A stretch of DNA of 63,534 nt, the filler included, from Octopus bimaculoides (taxonomy: Eukaryota): the NCBI RefSeq assembly GCF_001194135.2. It is 5 parts of 4 records of this genome, joined end to end, with 100 filler letters (N's around TTAATTAATTAA, not from the genome) between each part and the next. Parts side by side here need not be neighbours in the genome. Positions count along the whole stretch, not along the records: positions 33,817 to 50,431 come from NC_068989.1; positions 50,532 to 63,534 come from NC_068986.1; 3 more parts are not named here. One strand, 5' to 3'. Shown one piece after another: positions 49,096 to 61,168 of the stretch (positions are counted from its first letter, which is position 1; every line of letters starts with the position of its first letter). The notes beneath the pieces are model-generated. The model did no database searches. It was not told the origin of the DNA and saw only the letters and a program-made list of their open reading frames with translations. The position numbers and the translations under genes are program-made.

Positions 49096-49784
49096 TGTGT
49101 GTATAGTAAACGCACACGCACACACAAATGCACACAGAAAAATACAAACACATGTAGATATACACATGCGCGCCCGTGTATGGCTTGATACTGTAGCAGA
49201 AATACACGGACAAAGCACAAACCAATATACTTACACATACACACGGACACACGTATGCATAAGCACACACACATACACACATACACCTTTACACACTAGA
49301 ACAAACATACACGCAAGCGCACACACACACATAAACACACACACACACACACGCACATATAAGCAGAGGGATTTAGGCAGGTGAGGAGAGTAAGGATAAG
49401 GGGATAGGGGAAGAAGCGTGTAATAGAGTAAAATGTGCTGAGAGCGGGTTGTGCCCCGGGGTTGTACGGGGTTGGTAGATGGGTGTTTATACTCAACGAT
49501 GGGCGTGTTCGAATTCCAGTCAAGGAATATCGTCGTTGAGAGGCAATTAATTAAAGTTCATCGATTTATTGTTTGGATTTGATTCTATTGTATTTTATTT
49601 TGTTTCTATGACTGGCTTGGTAAGGTAAGGGGGTGTGTAGACAAAAGTTAGGGGTGGTGGAGGGTATACTTTATTTTGTTATTTGTTTGTATGTTTTGCT
49701 GTTGTTGGTAGTGGTGGTGGTATACTTTTGTGTTGCTGTACCGATCACCATCTTTGTTTCACTACGTCGTGAAACCTCGATCCA

Positions 49785-50431
49785 ACCACCACCACCACCA
49801 CCACCACCACCACCACCAGCAATACCAGCACCAGCACCAGCACCGCCACCGCCACCGCCGCCACCACCACCACCACCACCTCAAAGCATCGCTGTAACCA
49901 TCATTAACATTATGATCACTAACATTATCAACTCCACCACCATTTTATTATAAAGATTGCTTTCAACATTATCATCGTCAATATCGTCATCATCATAACT
50001 AGCATCGGTGTCGTCGTTGTCGCCGTCGTCATCATTCCTAGCAGCACCACCACAACAACAATAATTACCGCAGCCACCACCACCACCACCAATAACAAGA
50101 ATGTAATCACCACCATCATAACCATCATCACCACAATCCCCAACACCACCAACACCATCACCACCATCATTACTATCACCACCACCATCGCCACCACCAC
50201 CACCATCACCAGCACTAGCACAGCGAATAACAGCATCACCAGTATCACCAGCACAAACCACCATCACCACCATCCTAATCACCACCACCATCACTACCAC
50301 CTCCATTACTACCATCATCACCACTAGCACAGCAAATAACACCATCGCCACTATCACCACCACTACCACCATCCTAATGACCAGCAGCAGCACCACCACC
50401 ACCACCACCACCATCACCACCACCAAAACCA
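49785..50431. repeat. (CCA/CAT/CAC)n degenerate triplet tract
   Basis: Source of the poly-Pro/Val/Gly ORFs; ends at a scaffold linker. Confidence 0.85.
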
Positions 50432-50531
50432 NNNNNNNNNNNNNNNNNNNNNNNNNNNNNNNNNNNNNNNNNNNNTTAATTAATTAANNNNNNNNNNNNN
50501 NNNNNNNNNNNNNNNNNNNNNNNNNNNNNNN
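50432..50531. other. Artificial scaffold linker N44-TTAATTAATTAA-N44
   Basis: Motif at 50476-50487. Confidence 0.9.
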
Positions 50532-51605
50532 ATATATATATATATATATATGTATGTGTGTATATATATATGTATATATATACATATATATACACATATA
50601 TATATGTATATATATACAAATATATATATATGCACATACATATATGTATTTTTTGTGTATATACATACATTATGTGAAATTATGTCACACACGTACACAG
50701 ATACGTACTCACACACCTCATATATCACACACACATATTCACATGTACATCTTTAAATTCTTATACATATAATCATATGTATATGCGTGTATCGATGTGT
50801 GTGGCGGAGTGTGTTCGTGCGTATGTAAGTGTATGTGTGTATGTATGCGTGTGCATATGTACATATATAAGTATGTGAGTATATATATACATATATGATA
50901 AATATTTATACATATGTTTGCGCATGCATGAATGTATATATATATATATATATATATNNNNNNNNNNNNNNNNNNNNNNNNNNNNNNNNNNNNNNNNNNN
51001 NNNNNNNNNNNNNNNNNNNNNNNNNNNNNNNNNNNNNNNNNNNNNNNNNNNNNNNNNNNNNNNNNNNNNNNNNNNNNNNNNNNNNNNNNNNNNNNNNNNN
51101 NNNNNNNNNNNNNNNNNNNNNNNNNNNNNNNNNNNNNNNNNNNNNNNNNNNNNNNNNNNNNNNNNNNNNNNNNNNNNNNNNNNNNNNNNNNNNNNNNNNN
51201 NNNNNNNNNNNNNNNNNNNNNNNNNNNNNNNNNNNNNNNNNNNNNNNNNNNNNNNNNNNNNNNNNNNNNNNNNNNNNNNNNNNNNNNNNNNNNNNNNNNN
51301 NNNNNNNNNNNNNNNNNNNNNNNNNNNNNNNNNNNNNNNNNNNNNNNNNNNNNNNNNNNNNNNNNNNNNNNNNNNNNNNNNNNNNNNNNNNNNNNNNNNN
51401 NNNNNNNNNNNNNNNNNNNNNNNNNNNNNNNNNNNNNNNNNNNNNNNNNNNNNNNNNNNNNNNNNNNNNNNNNNNNNNNNNNNNNNNNNNNNNNNNNNNN
51501 NNNNNNNNNNNNNNNNNNNNNNNNNNNNNNNNNNNNNNNNNNNNNNNNNNNNNNNNNNNNNNNNNNNNNNNNNNNNNNNNNNNNNNNNNNNNNNNNNNNN
51601 NNNNN

Positions 51606-51672
<67 letters not shown>

Positions 51673-52646
51673 ATACAAATATGTATATATATGAGTAAAT
51701 ATCTTTCTCTCTATATATATATCTATATATACACACACACACGTATGCATATATTTATTAACGTGTTTGTGAGTGTGCGTGTGTGTGTGTTTTGTTATTG
51801 TTTAAGTTTATATATTGCATGAGTAAACTTAATTATGGGAATAAACTCATTCTCTACTTTTAATCAAAATAAATTGCAACGTGTATTAAGTTGAAGGAAA
51901 ATAGCGGAGCTACGTTGAAGAATGCAGCGGTATGGTGCATTCTGTAAATTTGCTAGTCTGCTGGTGGTGTTGTGGTTGATGGAACTCATATTGTTTTTGT
52001 TTTTTTCTTTGTGGTCGTGACGATTCTGGTGCTTTCTTTTATATTTAATGTTTTAAAAATATAATTTTTTTATTAGTGTGTGTGTTTTTTTTTTTCGTGG
52101 TCGTATTCATAACGCTGTTAGTGATACTAATTGATGTGGTGTTAGTGAAAGTTCTCTTGTTTTAACCCTTGGTGAAATCTGATTGATCATTTCGATCACC
52201 AAAGATTTATTATTATCTTGTATTTATTTATTCATTTATTTCTGTATTTATTTATTTATTTATTTATTGTCCAACCCAAGGCTGTGTGGTTAAAAAAGAT
52301 CGCTTCGCCGTCATGTGACTTTTGATTCACTCATGCTGTGTGATACTTGGGGCACGCATCTGGGCTGCTATAGCGTATAGGCTATAGCCAGGGCTGCTAA
52401 ATCGTATAGGTAACAACCACTAGGCAAATAATGATGTGCTGTGTAATCGATCCAATCGAAACCGTGTTTATTGAACGAGGTAGCTCTTGAAAACTCAACT
52501 GATGAGACATTTCTACACTGAAAGATGCAGCATAACTAGTTGCAGAGCATCTCACCCGCAAGGGATCGATACAAGATGGGTTGAAACGGGATCGTTGTAA
52601 TTAATAAAGAATTGCATGACTTCCATTTACTGTATCTCTCATTATG

Positions 52647-52699
<53 letters not shown>

Positions 52700-52721
52700 G
52701 CACACACACACACACACACAC

Positions 52722-52920
52722 ATATGCGACGGGCTTCTTTCAGCTTCCGTCTTTCAGTTTCACAAGGCCTTGGTCGGCNNNNNNNNNNNNNNNNNNNNNN
52801 NNNNNNNNNNNNNNNNNNNNNNNNNNNNNNNNNNNNNNNNNNNNNNGCCACGTAGTGGTACTGAACCCGGGAGCATGTGCTTGGTAAGCAAGCTACTTAC
52901 TACGCATTTACTCCTGTCCT
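52722..52920 (-). mobile_element. SINE family B 5' part
   Basis: GACGGGCTTCTTTCAG..AGGCCTTGGTCGG [gap] GCCACGTAGTGGTACTGAACCCGGG..TGGTAAGCAAGCTACTTAC. Confidence 0.8.
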
Positions 52921-52932
52921 TGTGTATATATA

Positions 52933-54175
52933 CAGGAGTAGCACAAAATGGAAATACGTAGCATCATAGCATCCTAATGTTGAAATATCTATAAAACCGT
53001 CAAAAGCTTGTTTATTGTTAGGATTTTTGATTTACTATTAGTGTTGCTTAATATATTTTGCTAAAATTGCTGTTTCTTTTCAGATATCATCAGAAAAAGG
53101 TAATTAAAATTTGTTAAAATGACAGATCTATCGAACGTTCAAAGAGGTCAATTTGTTGGTTCTCGTATGATAGGTGCTAGCGTAACGAAAACAGCCGAAA
53201 TGTTTGGTCTATCATGAACTACTGTCTCGAAAGTAATGACAGCTTTTGAGAAAGAGGGAAAAACCTACTCGTCGAAACAAACTCCAGAAGAAAACCAAAA
53301 CTTTCAGATAGGGACTGTCGGACTCTTAAGCGAATTGTTAGAAAGGATCACAAAAGTACAGCTCCCATAATTACTGCAAAGTTTAATCACCACCTCGAGA
53401 ACCCAGTTTCCACAAAATTTGTTCACTGGGAGCTGCACAAAGTCGGATTTCACTGGAGGTCTGCAAAAACAAACGTCGCAAAGTGTTTAGAGTGGAGTTA
53501 AAACCTACAGAATTGATCCCTAGAGCAGTGGAAGAATGTTATTTTCTCAGAAGAGTCATCCTTTATCTTATTTCCGATCACCGGCCAAATATACGTGCGG
53601 AGACAGCTAAAGAGGAATTGCCCCAGATTGCCTTCTTCCACCTGTTAAATATGGAGGAGGACCTGTGATGATCTGGAGGGCTATATCTTGGTGATCCGCC
53701 AGCTCAGTGGTTTCCCTGCATGGCAGAATTAATAGTCAAGACTATTTAAGCATTTTATCTGCTCAAATTTATCCTATGGTTGCGGAACTGTATCCGGAGG
53801 GAAACGCAATCTTTCAGGATAATAATGCACCAATTCCTACAGCTAAATTTGTTACTGAATGGCACGAGGAACATTCTAGTGGAGTTGAACCCTTATATGG
53901 CCACCACAGTTCACAGACTTCAATATGATTGAACATTTATGTTGTATTTTAGAAAAACAAGTATGGAGTCGATATCCTCCACCATCATCACTAAAAGAAC
54001 TGGAGAATGTATTAGCTGCAGAATGAACAAAAATTCCTTTGGAAACAATTCAAACTTTGTACGACTCCATACCTCGTAGAACTCAAGCTGTAATTACTTC
54101 CAAAGGCGGTCCTACCGTATATCAAAATAGATTTGTTTAATTTTAAGGTGTTTCCATCATTTTGTCCAGCTCCTG
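52933..54175 (+). mobile_element. Tc1-like (DD34E-type) transposon with both TIRs; transposase pseudogene from ~53118
   Basis: TA|CAGGAGTAGCACAAAAT...ATTTTGTCCAGCTCCTG|TA. Peptides MTDLSNVQRGQ, KLSDRD.RTLKRIVRK, KNVIFSEES, VKYGGGPVMIW, IFQDNNAP and WPPQ..DFNMIEHL. Confidence 0.9.
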
Positions 54176-54299
54176 TATATATGTAAGTATAAAATAAAAT
54201 TTAAGGTGAAAAAGCATAGAAATCTTGTTTGTGTAGGTAAAGATTATTTAATCCATTACAATATGTACAGTGCCGAACGGTATATGGATATAAAGACAG

Positions 54300-54325
54300 A
54301 CATACATACAGACAGACAGTAAGAC

Positions 54326-54356
<31 letters not shown>

Positions 54357-54366
54357 TAGATAGATT

Positions 54367-54419
<53 letters not shown>

Positions 54420-54428
54420 GTAGATATA
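54300..54428. repeat. (GACA)n(GATA)n microsatellite
   Basis: Direct reading. Confidence 0.9.
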
Positions 54429-54439
54429 GACATAATTTT

Positions 54440-54583
54440 CATTTTTTACTTATTCCTTTCATTGATCTGCAGCCATTCAAGGGCACTCCTTGAAGGGTTT
54501 CGTCAAGCAAATTGATCCACAGTACTTTTTTGGTCTAGCGCTTATTCCACCAATAAATGTTGGGGGACAAACACAAACGCACA
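54440..54583 (-). mobile_element. SINE family B 3' part, degraded
   Basis: TCATTGATCTGCAGCCAT..ATGTTGGGGGACAAACAC. Confidence 0.6.
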
Positions 54584-54613
54584 TGCATATATACATACAT
54601 ACATACATATATG

Positions 54614-54692
<79 letters not shown>

Positions 54693-55315
54693 CAACAACA
54701 ATATATATATATGCACATATGAGTACAGGACGTCACCAACGATGCAAATAACATGAAATACGTAAACAACGAGAAGAATAGAAAACGGAGCAAGTTATCA
54801 CAGAGACAGGCGCCTTCATCAGTTGTCGGCTATTTCTCTACTCATTCCGAGCATTCAACGACAATATGAGCCTTCAAAGAGTGTTGCTCCCATAAATTCC
54901 TAAATAAAATGTAGGATTTATGGATGGTCAAAGCTGGGAATAAAATGATGACAGTGGAGACATACAAGGAAACTGAACGAAAATAAACACAGAGGGTCAT
55001 TAGACCAGAACGAGAAGAGAATAGTGAATGCTGGGAGAGACTTTTTTTTTTTGAAAAGAGAAAAAATAGAAGAGAGAGAAAAACACGTCCGTTCAGGAAA
55101 AGAAAGATGATCACGTGAGGAAAAGAAAGATGGACGATGGTCACGCGTGAGCAACGAGAGAGAAAGAAAAATGAGAAAGATGGGACAGAAACAGATAAAA
55201 AACAATTAAGGAGGGACGGGAGGGGAGAAAATGGAAATTAGACAAGGATAGAGTAGAGAGTAGAGAATGGCATCAGAAACGTGAAAATACTTTTACTTGG
55301 AAATGGATGCGTTGC

Positions 55316-55344
<29 letters not shown>

Positions 55345-55350
<6 letters not shown>

Positions 55351-55600
55351 GCGTGAAACTGCGGTGCTTAGTATTTAGGTTAATCAACTCATGTCCTTAG
55401 GATCATGCTTTAAAGTCCTGGCGGCGCGTTGTATCTTTGAGCAAAACACTTTAGTTCAAATTACTTCAGTCTACTCAGCTGGTAAAAATGAGTAGTATCT
55501 GTGTTTGAAAGGGCCAGCTTTGTCAGATTCTTTGTTACACTTAATATCTCTCAGAACTGCGTTAAGGGTACACTTGTCTGTGTAGTGACCAGGCTTCGTA
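55345..55600 (+). mobile_element. Degraded SINE (family C group)
   Basis: GTATCTTTGAGCAAAACACTTTA core, CAGCTGGTAAAAATGAGTAG, then a tail matching 44395-44522. Confidence 0.55.
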
Positions 55601-55639
55601 TAAACCTATGTAACTTTTCTTTTCATTTACTCGTAAGTC

Positions 55640-56010
55640 ATAGCAACACTTAAAGATAATGTAAGGGAAAAGAGAAGTACATCCGTTTATGCGAAGGCAA
55701 TTTTAAAAGGGTGTTTGCGAACCCCAATCTTCTTTCCGGTACATCGACAAATGTAAAATCATAAAAGTGACAAGCCGCTTATAAGATTTGAAAACCAGCG
55801 GCATACCACACACACTCAAGTGGAGGATCGTACAGAAATCCAAGCTGTAAGTGAATGGGTCTAAGAAATGCGTAACTGAACGAACGCACATTCTTTGTTT
55901 TAGAGCCAAGAATTCCATCACACTACTTAATTCGAGCTCTGAAATTATCAGCAAATGCAAGCATGTGGACAAATTGTATTTGGTGAACTGGGGATAACAA
56001 TCCTCAGCGG
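55640..56010 (+). pseudogene. PLE GIY-YIG C-terminal fragment (3' UTR to ~56340)
   Basis: EKYIRLCEGNFKRVFAN (degenerate YIG motif) and NGSKKCVTERTHIL..LLNSSSEIISKCKH, parallel to the end of the 11141-13505 ORF. Confidence 0.7.
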
Positions 56011-57199
56011 ATTGATTAACTGTCTCCAAAATTTTGGACTCTTCTTCGTTGACTTATTCTACAACTAGTTTATGACATTTATAATTAAAGGTGAAGTAAC
56101 TCTAATTTTCTTTCTTTTCTTTCCGCTCTTTTTCCGTTTTATTCACACTTTATCTTCTCATCAACTTCCTTCTCGTCTTTTTTTCTCGTGGTTTCTCACG
56201 TACCAGTGTCCTGCTTTTCAAACCATGTGCTCAGAGCCCGCAATTTGCTTCAATCCACTAGGCATAATGTTAAAACTTATCATCACACCACGTGTCTTAC
56301 TGGCAAGAATGTATTTGTAGCCTTTATTTTAACGCAGTGTATATAAAATTATTAATATATATGTGTGTGCATGTATATATATATATATNNNNNNNNNNNN
56401 NNNNNNNNNNNNNNNNNNNNNNNNNNNNNNNNNNNNNNNNNNNNNNNNNNNNNNNNNNNNNNNNNNNNNNNNNNNNNNNNNNNNNNNNNNNNNNNNNNNN
56501 NNNNNNNNNNNNNNNNNNNNNNNNNNNNNNNNNNNNNNNNNNNNNNNNNNNNNNNNNNNNNNNNNNNNNNNNNNNNNNNNNNNNNNNNNNNNNNNNNNNN
56601 NNNNNNNNNNNNNNNNNNNNNNNNNNNNNNNNNNNNNNNNNNNNNNNNNNNNNNNNNNNNNNNNNNNNNNNNNNNNNNNNNNNNNNNNAAATTCGAATGA
56701 ACATATTTATCTTCTTCAATATATATTTCAGTATTAAGAATTCATTAAGAGGCTTAAATCAAAATTTCTTTACACATCATTCAGGAATAAATATAACATC
56801 AGAAAAAATACATTCCGTTTAAAAACACAAACCGTTCATGGCGACAAATATATATATACAATCAAGACAAAAAAAAATGGAACAACAACGTAACAGGCGA
56901 CAACAAAACATTCGGACAGTTAGATGATACAAAAAAGGACAGGAAAAAAACAAGGACAGGTCATTTGGAGTTTTCAATCTTCAGTCGCGAAGCAGATCGT
57001 GCCTGCAGTTTCGGCCGGTTAATCTCGAGACTGCTCTAATCTGGCCGGCCCCAAGGAAATCATCTAAGCAAAGAGCACTAGATTCTTTGGAAGAAAGCAA
57101 GCGAATGTATACGAAAATAAGGACATACATACATACATACANNNNNNNNNNNNNNNNNNNNNNNNNNNNNNNNNNNNNNNNNNNNNNNNNNNNNNNNNN

Positions 57200-57271
<72 letters not shown>

Positions 57272-57710
57272 ATATAACATACACACATACTTACATATAC
57301 AGAGAAACAATAAAGTGTAACCAGCCATCACACATCATCCACTTCTGTAGCCCTTAAAACCCACACCTCTACCAGATATATTCTAACCCATCATATTCGA
57401 AACACCTCATACACACACACACACACACTCACACACACATGGATACAAACATTCTAAAACTTATCATTATGAGTGCGATAGCCATTGCAACATACACTGT
57501 TTTTCTTTCTTTTATTTTGTTTTATCTCGCTTCTGCAGGTGAACCGAATAAATGCTTTACTAGAAAAATTGTTATACGTTACAATTATATTATATATTTT
57601 GAACAATGTTTATAGAGCAACTATATGAAATGTTTGGGGAGCGAAAGAGTGAGAGAAACGGAAATAGCGTTGGCGTGTAATTAAGATTACAATTTGAATA
57701 TACATACATA

Positions 57711-57745
<35 letters not shown>

Positions 57746-57999
57746 NNNNNNNNNNNNNNNNNNNNNNNNNNNNNNNNNNNNNNNNNNNNNNNNNNNNNNN
57801 NNNNNNNNNNNNNNNNNNNNNNNNNNNNNNNNNNNNNNNNNNNNNNNNNNNNNNNNNNNNNNNNNNNNNNNNNNNNNNNNNNNNNNNNNNNNNNNNNNNN
57901 NNNNNNNNNNNNNNNNNNNNNNNNNNNNNNNNNNNNNNNNNNNNNNNNNNNNNNNNNNNNNNNNNNNNNNNNNNNNNNNNNNNNNNNNNNNNNNNNNNN

Positions 58000-58033
<34 letters not shown>

Positions 58034-58871
58034 GAGAGCGAGATAATAGGGAAGAGCAAAAGATGTTTATTGTAATATATACCTGCTGCATTTTTGTGTG
58101 CGATGTATTTCTGCTAATGACTAGACATCATTTTTCTGTTTATTCTCTTTTAAATTTAAGAAAGCATAGACTAACTGCATATATGTGTTTATGCCTATAC
58201 ACATCCACATCCTAATACACGCAAATATGCACATGTATCTATAGATAGTTATATGTATGCATTTGCATGGTACGTATGTGTGCATGTGTATCTGTGCATT
58301 AGTTTTTGTTTGTGGAATTTTCCCTCGAGCAAGAAATTGAATTTAAATAGATATATTCACATACCAACCTCTGACAATTACAATATCTACCTGCGATACA
58401 TAGCGTTGTATGTATTAAAAAATGTGTGTGTGTATATTGTCACTTAAGTATGAGAATTCTTTGAAAATAACTCATCGATTTATTGTTAATTAAAGTTGCC
58501 TATTGATACAATTCATTGTTGTGGAATGGTATTACTTAGTTTGTCTGCGAAACTAATCCACGGAATAAGTATTTGTAGCATATATCCTTTCGTTTATCTT
58601 TCCTCTTATTATTGAGATGTTCATTGATGAATTCAGCTTATAGCGAAAATCGAGTTGCACTGAGAAGTTTTGCTATAATAAGTAATATAATACTATGTAC
58701 CAAATTCTCTAAATGGTTGCTTGCTTTGCTAAAAACGGCGGTCAGATCTTCTTCGTATCATGCCTTATATTTTAAAAACAATATCACATTAGAGCAAAAT
58801 CCATTTTTGCTGAATGGGTGAATATGACTGAAATGTCTTTACATGAGTATGATTCAAATCGTTGCTTAGTC

Positions 58872-59168
58872 CAGGGGTTTTCAAACTGTGGTCCGCGGAC
58901 CACAGGGAGTCGGCAAGGACAAGACAGGGGGTCCGTGGACAGCAAATAATTTTTATGGGCAATTTGATTTTATATATGTTTTTTAATCGAAATCTTTTAA
59001 TTGACAATAGATCTATTTGTTAAATACTGTTAAATAAATAAATGTAAAGATATATGTTATTTTAAGCAAATATTTATGTATAAATTTCATGAGCGTTTAT
59101 AAGGGAGTCCCTAAGGTAAAGCCTGAAATATAAAGGGGTCCGCAAGTCAAAAAGTTTGAAAACCCTTG
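58872..59168. mobile_element. hAT-superfamily MITE (297 bp)
   Basis: TIRs CAGGGGTTTTCAAAC and GTTTGAAAACCCTTG; 8-bp TSD GCTTAGTC / ACTTAGTC (7 of 8 match). Confidence 0.9.
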
Positions 59169-59819
59169 ACTTAGTCAACACTGACCAAGAGCTAAACAAC
59201 AATAACAACAACACCAGCATTATATTCAAAGCATTTAATCCTTTAATTAGCTTGCTTGGGATTTTGGGAGGGGTTTCTTTTTAATGCTGTTGACACAGCC
59301 GGATTGAACGGTACTGAGCAGTTGTCAAAATCAGAGTGATATCCGTCATGCAGCTGATGATTCAAAAATATGAACTGATGTGCTTCTTATCAGTGCGTAG
59401 TTTATATCTTGGGGTCGCATTATTCTAAGTTCTGCTTCTCACTTGTAAAATTGAACTTGTTTAAAGTGTCCATGGTTTTATGTAGTTTTGTTGTTTGTAT
59501 TATTTGTTTGCATGACTGTCTTCATTGCTAAAATGCTCTTGTGCTAGAATAATAGCATAATACTTTGGAAAGGTCTGTGATATATACATATATATATATA
59601 TATATATANNNNNNNNNNNNNNNNNNNNNNNNNNNNNNNNNNNNNNNNNNNNNNNNNNNNNNNNNNNNNNNNNNNNNNNNNNNNNNNNNNNNNNNNNNNN
59701 NNNNNNNNNNNNNNNNNNNNNNNNNNNNNNNNNNNNNNNNNNNNNNNNNNNNNNNNNNNNNNNNNNNNNNNNNNNNNNNNNNNNNNNNNNNNNNNNNNNN
59801 NNNNNNNNNNNNNNNNNNN

Positions 59820-59876
<57 letters not shown>

Positions 59877-60708
59877 CATATACATATATATCATTGTATG
59901 TATGTATGCATGTATGTACCAGGGCCATGATGTTGCAATGTATCTTTTATTTGAGATTTAGGTGTACATTTAATGGCATTTTGCTGCAGCGATGGAGATA
60001 GGTTTTGAGTGTTAGGTATAAAGTTTGATTGTATCTAGGATCTTGCGAAGGAGGATCACAGAGATGTTCATCAGTGATAAATTAAGTGACCTCTTGACAA
60101 ACTTTTGATCTCTTAATTTTGCCTTTAACTACCTACATTCATCCTCTGATATGCTGTAATATATATATGTACATGACCAAGACCTTAAAAAATAATTCCA
60201 TGAAGCTTACATCAATATATGAATCTAATAATCCTAATACAGTTTGCTTTTGATGAAGATCCAGTAATCCAGTAGAAGCTTCATCACTCTATTTGCGTGA
60301 TCAGAGCCTATAATCAGAAGCATCTATAAATATGAGATGATTTGCCAAAAGTTTAGCAACTACTCCGCTCAACTACCCAAATTGCAACTAGCGATGTTCT
60401 ATAAAAATTCTGAATTCAGTAATAAAGTGTAGGCGACCCTTCGAATATGTCGTCGATATAAGTTATTAGCGTCCTAAATTAATTTGGAAATCCTTTCATG
60501 TATGGATGCTTACATTCTTTGAATACATTCTTTATTGAATGAATACACGTACCAAATCTACATACTAAAATGTCTTATATCCGATTGATAGCATCGTATA
60601 AATCTGAAATTAAATTTTGAGATAATCTAGACGGATAACAGCAATTGAATGGACATTAAACAAAGTAAATTTATATTTTTATTTTTCATCTTCATTATGG
60701 TTTTTTTT

Positions 60709-61168
60709 TTTGCTTCAGTCATGAAGGCGGTCATTCTGGGGCGCCGCTTTGAAGAGGTTTTAGCCGATCGAATCGGTCCTTGTCTTTCTTTTTAATAAGC
60801 CTGCTACTTATTCTATCAGGGACGTAAACAAACCAACACCGGCTGTCAAACGGTGCTGGGGAACAAACAGAGACACAAAGATACACACAAAGACACACAC
60901 AGACATACACACATACATACACACACAGAAATATCTATATANNNNNNNNNNNNNNNNNNNNNNNNNNNNNNNNNNNNNNNNNNNNNNNATATATATATAT
61001 ATATATACGGGCTTCTTTCAGTTTCCGTCTATCAAATTCACTCACAAGGCTTTGGTCGGCCCAGTACTATAGTAGAAGACACTTGCCGAAGGTGCCACGT
61101 AGTGGGACTGAACCCGGGATCATGTGGTTAGGAAGCAAACTTATTACAAGACAGCCACGCCTGTGCCC
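60709..61168 (-). mobile_element. SINE family B, full length across a small gap
   Basis: TTCAGTCATGAAGGCGGTCATTCTGGGGCGCCGC tail through GTGCCACGTAGTGGGACTGAACCCGG..ACAGCCACGCCTGTGCC head. Confidence 0.87.

Noticed and set aside
52495-52530. CTGATGAGAC...GAAAG as a hammerhead
   Set aside because: No stem I or stem II complementarity.
54720-54940. Minus-strand CTGATGAAGG in an orphan repeat as a hammerhead
   Set aside because: No downstream stem II plus GAAA. It may be a decayed retroelement end, but I cannot support that.
59350-59385. CTGATGA-TTCA..TGAA hairpin as a hammerhead
   Set aside because: It lacks the GAAA core and the cleavage triplet.
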